NCBI GenBank assembly: GCA_942493095.1
Contig: OW818675.1
Location: 3,120,001 to 3,152,000, forward strand
Direction: 5' to 3'
Source: Candidatus Electronema halotolerans
Lineage (GTDB): Bacteria; Desulfobacterota; Desulfobulbia; Desulfobulbales; Desulfobulbaceae
DNA: 32,000 bases
Shown here: positions 17,947-26,300 of the stretch, one piece after another
Position numbering within the stretch: the first letter of the stretch is position 1
Layout of the letters: each line of letters begins with the position of its first letter
The notes under the pieces: generated by a model
The model's database searches: none
The model's input: the letters and a program-made list of their open reading frames with translations, nothing else
What the model was told of the DNA's origin: nothing
Position numbers and translations under genes: made by a program

Positions 17947-19050
17947 ATGAAAATTAAATTGTTGTCGCAGGCGGCGATGCTGCTGCTCTTGTCAGTAGCA
18001 ACAGCCGCCCATGCCGGAGGCAAAAAATACACCTGCGATGACTGCTCTGATGAATGTCTGCAAAATCCATATTCTAAGGGCTGCCCGGATATCTGCAAAT
18101 CTCCTGACTGCCGGACGAACTGCGACGACTGCACACCGGAGTGCCGCAGCAATCCCTACACGCCGGGCTGCCCGGATGTCTGCAAAAATGTTGAATGTCA
18201 GACTTGCAGCGACTGCTCGGATGAGTGCAAGAAGCATCCTGACGGCGCAGGCTGTCCTGACATCTGCAAGGATATCAGATGCTACAGCTGCGACGACTGT
18301 TCGGCGGAGTGCCTCCTCCATCCTGACGGGCCGGACTGTCCGCCAGCCTGCGGTGATCTGGACTGCAATATCTGCGACAAATATCCCTCAAACTGTCCTG
18401 CGGACTGCCGGGACGATGCGGCCAAGCCGGAAAACTGCCCGGATGAGTGCAAGGATGTTCCTGATCAATGCCTTCCTGAGCTTCCTGAAGAACCGCCAAA
18501 ACCTGTTGTCACCTGTGATGACTGCCCGGTGGAGTGCAAGGACAATCCTGAAAGCTGCCCGCAGGAATGCCAGACGCTGGACTGCTGGCCCGAAGAACCC
18601 AAAGTCGAATCCAAGCTCCGCTTCATCGGCGATCTTGGTTATTACAAGCAAACTGATCCGGCAGACTACGCCTTTGGCCGCGTCGGTGTTGAATATCCGC
18701 TTACAGAACGATTCTCCGTGCTGGGCATGGTCGGCGTGGCCGGTCAGGTCAAAGGGGATGACGGCGACGACGCGCTGATGCTGGATGTCATTGCCCAGTG
18801 CAACTGGAAGGCGGGCGATGTGAACGGCTTTGCCGGACTCGGTCTGGGCGGTTGGATCACCTCTGGTGATGTTGATGATGATTCCGGCGACACAGACATC
18901 GATATCATCGCCAATGTCGGCGCACGGGTCTATGGTGATCCAAAAGCCTTCAACGCCTCTGTCTTTTTGGAAATGCGGAGCGCAGTGGATGAATTCGACG
19001 GGCTGGCTGAGTACGGACGCTTTGGCGCAGGAGTCCGCTTCCAGTTCTGA
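17947..19050 (+). CDS. Secreted cysteine-rich tandem-repeat protein fused to a C-terminal outer-membrane beta-barrel-like domain
   Basis: AAGGAG RBS, then ATG at 17947 (the ORF track start of 17875 is unlikely). Signal peptide MKIKLLSQAAMLLLLSVATAAHA. Six roughly 29-aa repeats carry 6 Cys each (C-x2-C-x3-C-x7/8-C-x3-C-x4-C; 18034-18585), giving 36 Cys. The C-terminal ~145 aa have alternating hydrophobic strands and end in GVRFQF, a terminal aromatic typical of BAM substrates. Confidence 0.75.
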   Translation: MKIKLLSQAAMLLLLSVATAAHAGGKKYTCDDCSDECLQNPYSKGCPDICKSPDCRTNCDDCTPECRSNPYTPGCPDVCKNVECQTCSDCSDECKKHPDGAGCPDICKDIRCYSCDDCSAECLLHPDGPDCPPACGDLDCNICDKYPSNCPADCRDDAAKPENCPDECKDVPDQCLPELPEEPPKPVVTCDDCPVECKDNPESCPQECQTLDCWPEEPKVESKLRFIGDLGYYKQTDPADYAFGRVGVEYPLTERFSVLGMVGVAGQVKGDDGDDALMLDVIAQCNWKAGDVNGFAGLGLGGWITSGDVDDDSGDTDIDIIANVGARVYGDPKAFNASVFLEMRSAVDEFDGLAEYGRFGAGVRFQF

Positions 19051-19080
19051 TAAAAAAAACAGCAGGCTGCCTCTTTTGAG

Positions 19081-19113
19081 AAAAGGCGCGGGAGCAATCC
19101 TGCGCCTTTTTTT
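19081..19113 (+). terminator. Rho-independent terminator of the Cys-rich protein gene
   Basis: AAAAGGCGCGGGA-gcaa-TCCTGCGCCTTTTTTT: a GC-rich stem with one mismatch followed by a T7 run. Confidence 0.8.
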
Positions 19114-19413
19114 ATGCCGAGCTGGCGGCGGCCCTGTTCTCTTTTTTTCACGATTCCGATTCGGACGCATTTTTTTCTTGAAAAGCGGTCAATGACATAA
19201 TATAACTGCGCGGCAGATAAACTTGTCCGAAACGGCGGCAAGTTGCGGACAAGGCGGCAGCAGGAGCGGTGTGTTTTCCCAAGGCGGAAATTTAACATAA
19301 TGTTATTTAAAATCCCTCTGTTGAGTGCTTATTGACTTGGCAATGCCGAGGGGCCACTGACGGCGCAAGCAATTTAACATATTAATTTTTCATACAAACT
19401 AAGGAGAGGAAGC

Positions 19414-20340
19414 ATGTACATGTATCTGCCTGTCGCTCTCACCAGCGTGAATTTTCTGCTGGTGACTGCGCTTGGACTCACGGTCGGCCTGCTGTCCGGC
19501 CTCTTCGGCGTGGGGGGCGGCTTTCTCATGACCCCACTGCTGATGATGATCGGCATTCCGCCGACCATTGCCGCAGGAACGGATGCGAACCAGATTGTGG
19601 CCGCCTCCACCTCCGGCATGTACACCCACTGGCGGCTGGGCAATGTTGACTACAAGATGGGCCTGTTCCTGCTCCTGGGCGGCTTTTTGGGCGGCTTGGG
19701 CGGCGTGCAGCTCATCAAGGTGCTCCGCGCCACAGGCGGGGCTGATTTCCTGATCAAGATCACTTATGTGGTCATGCTGGGCATAGTCGGCTCCTTCATG
19801 TTTGTTGAGAGCCTGATGGCCATGAAAAAGGCCAAAAGCGGCGCAGTCAAGGCTGAGGCGGCCAAGGAGGGGGAAAAGAAAAAAGGACTGTTCGCCAAGC
19901 TGCCTCTCCAAATTCACTTTGAAAAGTCAGGAGTTTCCTTTTCCGCATTTGTTCCCTTTGGTCTGGGACTTTTTGTCGGTGTGCTGGCCGCGATCATGGG
20001 AGTGGGCGGCGGCTTTCTGATGGTGCCGGTGATGATCTACATGCTCAGGATGCCCATGCACGTGGTGGTCGGCACCAGCCTGTTTCAGATTCTCTTCACC
20101 TGCATTGAAGTCACCTTTCTCCAAGCCTATTACAACCGGACGGTTGATTTCCTGCTGGCCCTGCTTCTGCTCGTGGGTTCAGTCTTTGGCGCGCAGATCG
20201 GCACCATTCTGGGCCGCAAGCTGCACGGTGATCAGCTCAAGATATTGCTCTCCATCATTGTCTTGGTCGTGACCGTGAAATTAGTTTTTGACCTTGTTCT
20301 CCAGCCTGCCAATCTTCTTTCTTACGCCGGAGGACACTGA
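19414..20340 (+). CDS. Sulfite exporter TauE/SafE family permease (DUF81)
   Basis: Two internal repeats, each with a G.GGGFLM.P motif (LFGVGGGFLMTPLLMMIGIP and IMGVGGGFLMVPVMIYML). About 8 TM helices, 308 aa. GGAGAGGA RBS. Confidence 0.85.
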   Translation: MYMYLPVALTSVNFLLVTALGLTVGLLSGLFGVGGGFLMTPLLMMIGIPPTIAAGTDANQIVAASTSGMYTHWRLGNVDYKMGLFLLLGGFLGGLGGVQLIKVLRATGGADFLIKITYVVMLGIVGSFMFVESLMAMKKAKSGAVKAEAAKEGEKKKGLFAKLPLQIHFEKSGVSFSAFVPFGLGLFVGVLAAIMGVGGGFLMVPVMIYMLRMPMHVVVGTSLFQILFTCIEVTFLQAYYNRTVDFLLALLLLVGSVFGAQIGTILGRKLHGDQLKILLSIIVLVVTVKLVFDLVLQPANLLSYAGGH

Positions 20341-20341
20341 C

Positions 20342-21112
20342 ATGAAAATGATGCACGCACTCATCCCAGCCTGCGCGGCACTGTTTCTTGTCGTCTTTTT
20401 CGCCCGGCCAAGCGCGGCAGTGACCACGCAGGCCTCACCTGCCAGCATAGATATCAGCCTGTTTTATCACGGCATGCCGGTTGAGATCAGCGGCAAGGGC
20501 AATCCCGGCGATGATGTCATCATCCAAGTCACTGCTGCCCCGGCAGAAATGCACCTGAAGTACAAGGGCAAGGCGGCGGGCCTCTTCTGGATGAAGCTCG
20601 GCACCCTGATCTTTGAACATCTGCCTGGAACCTATCTTGCAGCCACGTCCGGCCCTGTGGACAAGGTGCTGACTCCAACTGCTCAGGATGCGGAGGGCGC
20701 AGGATTCAAAGCTCTTCAGAAGCGGGCCGTGATCAAAGCGGAAGAAGGCAAGGAGATGCCTGCGGGCGACTGGTTTCAGGAGTTCATCGACTTCAAGCAG
20801 CAGGAAAAGCTCTATGCCTTTGAGGAGGGCGGGGTCAAGGTTGAGGCCGACGGCAGCTACCACTACACCCTGAACTGGCCTTTCCAAGCCCCTCCGGGCA
20901 CCTACACAGTGGAGACGATCACGGCCAGAAATGGCCAAGTGACTGACCGCTCTGCAACTCAAATCACCGTGCAGATGACCGGCGTGGTTGCCAAGCTGGA
21001 GAAGATGGCCTCTGACAACCGGGCTGTGTATGGTATCCTTGCCATTTTGGTGGCCCTTGCCGCCGGTTTCGGGGTCGGCATGATCTTCAAGAAGGGCGGC
21101 GGCGCGCACTGA
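20342..21112 (+). CDS. TIGR02186-like (Alph_Pro_TM) membrane-anchored protein, the usual partner of TauE-type permeases
   Basis: Start is 1 nt after the tauE-like stop. Signal peptide MKMMHALIPACAALFLVVFFARPSAA. The segments I.ISLFYHG..V.ISG, KGKAAGLFWMK, LY.F.E and PPGTYTVE...NG, plus a C-terminal TM helix (VYGILAILVALAAGFGVGMIF), fit my recollection of this family. Confidence 0.6.
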   Translation: MKMMHALIPACAALFLVVFFARPSAAVTTQASPASIDISLFYHGMPVEISGKGNPGDDVIIQVTAAPAEMHLKYKGKAAGLFWMKLGTLIFEHLPGTYLAATSGPVDKVLTPTAQDAEGAGFKALQKRAVIKAEEGKEMPAGDWFQEFIDFKQQEKLYAFEEGGVKVEADGSYHYTLNWPFQAPPGTYTVETITARNGQVTDRSATQITVQMTGVVAKLEKMASDNRAVYGILAILVALAAGFGVGMIFKKGGGAH

Positions 21113-21135
21113 GCAACTCTGCGCATATTGCCCTG

Positions 21136-21173
21136 AAAAAACGCGCCTGCCGACAGCAGGCGCGTTTTTTTTT
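21136..21173 (+). terminator. Rho-independent terminator after the tauE-like operon
   Basis: AAAAAACGCGCCTGC-cgaca-GCAGGCGCGTTTTTTTTT: a 10-bp perfect GC-rich stem plus T9. Confidence 0.9.
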
Positions 21174-21337
21174 CTGCTGAATCGGCTGGACAGTGCTTAC
21201 AGGCTGTTGAATCACCCGCAGATGGAAATCTGCCTTCATCGCCCTCGCCCGCCGCACCAGACTGTGGACTTTTCCCCTGTTTTGCGCTTAAATACCGCCT
21301 GCTGAATTTACGATCAACTTTCATCGACAGGAACACC

Positions 21338-22780
21338 ATGAATCGCGATATTTATCAGGAGCCTTTGGTCAGCCGCTACACCAGCCAATCAATGCAGGAG
21401 CTGTTCTCGGAACGTTTCAAGTTCAGCACGTGGCGTAAGTGCTGGATTGCCTTGGCTGAGGCGCAGCAGGAGCTGGGCTTGGCAATGGTCAGCCAGGAAA
21501 TGGTCGATGAGCTGAAGGCTCATGCTGAGGACATCGACTTTGCGGCGGCAGCGGCCAAAGAAAAGGAAATCCGCCATGATGTCATGGCCCATGTTTACGC
21601 CTACGGCCTGCAATGCCCCAAGGCGGAGGCGATTATTCATCTTGGCGCAACCTCGCAGTTTGTGGTCTGCAACACGGATTTGATTATTCAGAGACGCGCC
21701 TTGCGGCTGATCAAGAAAGCCTTGGTCAACGTCATTGCCAACTTGGCCGCCTTCTGCCGCACGTACAAGGACATGGCAACGCTCGGCTTCACCCATTATC
21801 AGCCTGCCCAGCCGACCACGGTCGGCAAGCGCAACACCCTGTATATCCAAGACCTGCTCATGGATTTGGACTATGTGGAGCTGCTGGAGCAGCAGGTCAA
21901 GGCGCGGGGCGCAAAAGGCACGGTCGGCACCCAGGCCACCTTTCTGGAGCTGTTTCAAGGTGATCACGCCAAAGTGCGCGAGCTGGACCGGCTGGTGGCG
22001 GCCAAGCTCGGCTTTGCCCAAGTTTTCCCGGTCACAGGTCAGACCTATCCGCGCAAATTGGACATGAAAACTGCCGAGACCTTGGCAGGAATCGGGGCCT
22101 CAGCACACAAGTTTGCTGTTGATCTGCGCCTGCTCTCCAACCTCAAGGTGCAGGAGGAGCCATTTGAGCAGAAGCAGGTCGGCAGCTCGGCTATGGCCTA
22201 CAAGCGCAACCCGATGCGCTCCGAGCGGATGACCGGTCTGGCCCGCAAGCTGATGGGCCTGCCTGCCAACTTTGCCGCCACTGCCGCCAATCAGTGGTTT
22301 GAGCGGACGCTGGACGACTCAGCCATCCGCCGCATGGACATGGCCCAAGCCTTTCTGCTCACAGATGCGATTCTCAAACTGTACGTCAACATCACCAGCG
22401 GCATGGTGGTCTATCCCAAGCAGATTGAGCGGCATCTGCGGGCCGAGCTGCCCTTCATGGCAACGGAAAAAATCCTCATGGCCTGCGTCGGTCTGGGCGA
22501 AAGCCGCCAGGAAATGCACGAGGTCATCCGCGAGCATTCAGTGGCCGCCGGTCTGGCGGTCAAGGAGGAAGGCTTGGACAACGACCTGCTCGTCCGCTTG
22601 GCCAAAGATCAGCGCATTCCTTATTCAATTGACGAGCTGGAGGAGCTGATCGGCAATCATCAGGAATTTGCTGGCCGCGCTCCGCAGCAGACCGAGGAAT
22701 TCCTTGATGAGGCAGTTGCGCCGGTGCTGACGAAATATCAGGATTTGCTTGGCGGGGTGGATGCCTCGCTCAAGGTTTGA
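21338..22780 (+). CDS. purB: Adenylosuccinate lyase
   Basis: 480 aa with N-terminal PL.SRY.S..M...FS....F..WR..W..LAEAQ, the fumarate-lyase signature GSSAMAYKRNP, and the THYQPAQPTT motif. Confidence 0.93.
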   Translation: MNRDIYQEPLVSRYTSQSMQELFSERFKFSTWRKCWIALAEAQQELGLAMVSQEMVDELKAHAEDIDFAAAAAKEKEIRHDVMAHVYAYGLQCPKAEAIIHLGATSQFVVCNTDLIIQRRALRLIKKALVNVIANLAAFCRTYKDMATLGFTHYQPAQPTTVGKRNTLYIQDLLMDLDYVELLEQQVKARGAKGTVGTQATFLELFQGDHAKVRELDRLVAAKLGFAQVFPVTGQTYPRKLDMKTAETLAGIGASAHKFAVDLRLLSNLKVQEEPFEQKQVGSSAMAYKRNPMRSERMTGLARKLMGLPANFAATAANQWFERTLDDSAIRRMDMAQAFLLTDAILKLYVNITSGMVVYPKQIERHLRAELPFMATEKILMACVGLGESRQEMHEVIREHSVAAGLAVKEEGLDNDLLVRLAKDQRIPYSIDELEELIGNHQEFAGRAPQQTEEFLDEAVAPVLTKYQDLLGGVDASLKV

Positions 22781-22786
22781 ACCGCT

Positions 22787-23014
22787 GTGCGCACCTTGTA
22801 TCTCCGCATCCGGCCTGACCGGATCAGCCTGCTGCGGTTTCTGCTGGAGGGCTACGAGGGCTTGGCCGTGCTCTCGACTGTGGATATGCGGATAGGCTTG
22901 GTCAAGCTGCTTGTGCCTGCTTCGCGGCAGGCCGAATTATGGGGTCTGCTGACGGCGATCTGTGAAGAATTGGTGCAGGACGAAGATAAGCTTGTTGCAA
23001 CCTATCGAGAATGA
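22787..23014 (+). CDS. DUF4911 domain protein
   Basis: 75 aa. The segment YLRI.P..I.LLRFLLEGYEGLAV.STVD...G.V.L resembles the DUF4911 proteins I recall following purB in deltaproteobacterial-type genomes. GTG start 6 nt after the purB stop. Confidence 0.65.
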   Translation: MRTLYLRIRPDRISLLRFLLEGYEGLAVLSTVDMRIGLVKLLVPASRQAELWGLLTAICEELVQDEDKLVATYRE

Positions 23015-23343
23015 GCATGAAAAAACTGATTGAATTTGAGCTGGATGGCCAGCCGGTCTATGTTGAGGCGGAGGTGTCCGAGGCGGAAGGAATGCGCCGG
23101 GTGAGCCGAGGCGGCGGCGATGAGCCGGAAAGGGCTGAGTCCCGCTTTGTTGAGGCCGTGGCCCGGATCAAGCCTGCCGCTGAGGCAGTGCTGAACGCCT
23201 TCCGGGAGATGAACACCCCGGATGAGATCGCGCTGGAATTCGGCCTGAACTTTTCCGCCAAAGCGGGCGTGGTCTTTGCCGCGACCGACAGCTCGGCCAC
23301 CTTCAAAGTTTCGCTGAAATGGAAGAACGAGCGGCAGTCCTGA
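23011..23343 (+). CDS. Trypco2-like (trypsin co-occurring domain 2 / CU044_2847-like) small protein
   Basis: 110 aa. The ATG overlaps the DUF4911 stop (ATGA); an alternative ATG is at 23017. The N-terminus IEFELDG.PVYVEAE and the C-terminal core IALEFGLNFSAKAGVVFAATDSSATFKVSLKWK fit the Trypco2 pattern as I recall it. It sits 7 nt upstream of a trypsin-STAND gene, the context that defines the family. Confidence 0.65.
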   Translation: MSMKKLIEFELDGQPVYVEAEVSEAEGMRRVSRGGGDEPERAESRFVEAVARIKPAAEAVLNAFREMNTPDEIALEFGLNFSAKAGVVFAATDSSATFKVSLKWKNERQS

Positions 23344-23350
23344 TGCGGCC

Positions 23351-26300
23351 ATGCGTTCCCTCTCCTTAGATTCCGCCCTTGTCCGCATCCTGATTGACGA
23401 CCGCAGCCCGCGTGAATCTAAAGGTGCGGGCTTTCTCGTCACGCCGCAGCATGTCATCACCTGCGCCCATGTAGTGAATGATGCTCTTGGCCTCCCGCAG
23501 CGTGCTGTAGAGCAGCCTGATCTTCCGCTTCTTTTTGATTTCCCTCTGCTGGCCGGACAGCCTTTCGTTCAAGCCAAAATTCTGCGCTGGTTTCCGGTGC
23601 AGGAGGATTCTGCCATCGGCGAGCTGGAGGACATTGCGGTGCTGGAGTTGCTGCCGGACAGCCCTTTGCCTGCCGGAGCGCAGCCTGCACCGCTGGTTGT
23701 GCCTGACGAAAAGGAGCACGTCTTTTTTGCGTGGAAAGTGCGCATGTTCGGCTTTCCGTCCTTTGCCCCGGACGGCACCTGGGCCAATGGCGTTTTGCAG
23801 GGGTTGACAGGCAAAGGCTGGGCAGAAATCCATCATGCGGACAGCGGCAGCGTTGCGCCGGGCTTCAGTGGCACAGCGGTTTGGTCAGTGCGAGAGAATG
23901 CGGTCTGCGGCATGACTGTGAGCAGTTTGAGCAGCGCAGCCTCGTACATGATTCCGGCTGCCGCGCTGATTCAAGCCTTTCCTGAGATGGACAGGTTCAG
24001 CCGCCCGGCCAATCCCTACCGAGGCATGGAAGCGTTCCGGGAAAAGGATGCCCGTTTCTACTTTGGCAGGGAGGCGGATGCGGACACGCTGAAAGAGAAA
24101 ATCGACACGCAGCCCTTTACTGCCGTTATTGGCGCGAGCGGCAGCGGCAAGTCTTCGCTCGTCTTTGCCGGACTGCTGCCCATGCTGCGACAGAGCGGCG
24201 ACTGGCTGATCTGTGCCTGCCGTCCCAAGCAGCAGCCTTTTCACGAGCTGGCCGCCTGTCTGATTCCCATGCTCTACGAGGACGAACTGGAGCGGATCAA
24301 GAAAAGCAGGCTCTGCGCTGCTGATCTGCGTTCCGGCGACATGCTGCTCTCTGACCTGCTCCGGCGGATTGCTGACCGAAACGACTGCCGCCGTCTGCTT
24401 CTGCTGGTTGATCAGTTTGAGGAACTCTACACCCTGAACACGGACAGAGCTGCGGCCCGCGCCTTTGTCAGCCTGCTGCTGGAGGCGAAGCAGGCCGAAG
24501 GTTTCAGGGCGGTCATCACCTTGCGGGCGGATTTTCTCGAAGCCGCGCTCGGTGATGCAGGCTTTGCCGAGACCCTGAACGCCTGCCCGCCGCTGCTCCT
24601 GTCGCCGATTGACAGCCACGGGCTGCGGCAGGCGGTGGAGCAGCCTGCAAAGCTGCTCGGCATCCGTTTTGAGGCTGGGTTAGTTGATCTGATTGTTACG
24701 GATGTGGGCAATGAGCCGGGCAGTCTGCCGCTGCTGGAATTTTGCTTAACCCAGCTCTGGGAGCAGCAGACCTTCCGGCAGATCAGTCATGCGGCCTACA
24801 AGGACAGCGGCGGAGTGCAGCAGGCTCTGGCCCGTCATGCTGAGGCGGTGTATGCCGGATTTGCGGCAACGGAGCAGGAATCTGTCCAGTTGATTTTCCT
24901 TAAGTTGGTGCGGCCTGGTCAAGGCACGGAGGACACCCGGCAGGTGGCGGCCTTGGCGGATTTTCAGGAAGAGCAGCGCGGACTGATCAAGCAGCTTGCT
25001 GATCAGCGGCTTTTGGTCACGTCCGGGGATAAGGCCGGGCAGCAGGTTGAGGTGGTGCATGAGGCTCTGATTCGGCATTGGCAGACCTTGCGCAAATGGG
25101 TGGATGCGGAGCGGGAGTTTCTTGTCTGGCAGGAGAAACTGCGGGTTTTGCTGCGGCAGTGGCAGGAAAGCGGCCATGATGAAGGAGCGTTGCTGCGTGG
25201 TTTGCCGTTGGATGAAGCGTTGCAGTGGCGGGGCAGTCATGCAGGGTATTTGGGAGAAGAGGAGCTGGGTTTTGTCAGGGAGAGTGAGGAGGCGCGGAAG
25301 AAGCAGCGGAGGCGGAAAGGCATTGCTGCTGCGGCAGGAATGCTGCTTGCTGCCGTGGTGATGGCGGTGTTTTTTGTGCTGTGGCAGGATGCGGAGCGGC
25401 AGAAGATTGTTGCTGATCAGGAAAGGCGACACGCTGTTGAGCAAAGAGGAATTGCTGAACAGCAGACGCTGGCATCCAATTACAATCTTGCCAAGGCGTT
25501 TGAGGAGAAGGCGTTGACTGCGTTGAAAACAGCCAATGGACAAGGCGATGTCGAATACAAAAAGGCAGTACTCTTTGCCTCGGCGACGCTAGCCCAAAAA
25601 ATTCCAGAGACTGCAACCGCGATGGAATCTCCCTACATAGGCAGCCTTTTCTCACTTGTAGTCTTCCATTCTGGGTTGGCGGAACTGGCCGTGCTCAGAG
25701 GGCATGAGAATTCTGTCAGCAGTGCGGCCTTCTCGCCGGACGGGGAAAAAATCGTTTCCGTTTCTGACGACCATACCGTGCGGATTTGGGATGCGGCAAG
25801 CGGCAAGCAAGTCGCTCTGCTCACAGGCCATGAGTATCCTGTCACCAGCGCAGCCTTCAGTCCTGATGGCAAAAAGATCGTTTCAGCTTCTGAAGACAAT
25901 ACCGTACGGATTTGGGATGTCGACAGCAGCAAAGAACTGGCTGTCCTCAAAGGTATTTCCTACATGTCTGGCTTCAGTCCTGATGGCAAAAAAATAGTTT
26001 CAGCCTCTTGGGATACTGTACGGATTTGGGATGTCGACAGCGGCAAAGAACTGGCTGTCCTCAAAGGACATGAGAGTAGTGTGAACAGCGTGGCCTTCAG
26101 TCCTGATGGCAAAAAGATCGTTTTAGCTCCTGAAGACAATACCGTACGGATTTGGGATGTCGACAGCAGCAAAGAACTGGCTGTCCTCAAGGGACATGAG
26201 AGTAGTGTGAACAGCGTGGCCTTCAGTCCTGACAACAGCAAAATAGTCTCCGCTTCCGACGACAATACGGTGCGGATTTGGGATGCAGCAAGCGGCCAGC

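Noticed and set aside
18011-19170. Alternative-frame (255 aa, plus strand) and antisense (260 aa) ORFs over the Cys-rich gene
   Set aside because: Only the 17947 frame gives an RBS, a signal peptide, a regular Cys repeat and a C-terminal barrel ending in Phe followed by a terminator. The others are Arg/Ala-rich shadows.
23366-25655. Several 150-265-aa minus-strand ORFs inside the protease/NTPase part of the STAND gene
   Set aside because: They are antisense to a continuous 1474-aa ORF with catalytic and Walker motifs. Their Gln/Leu/Pro-rich shadow sequences show no domain signal.
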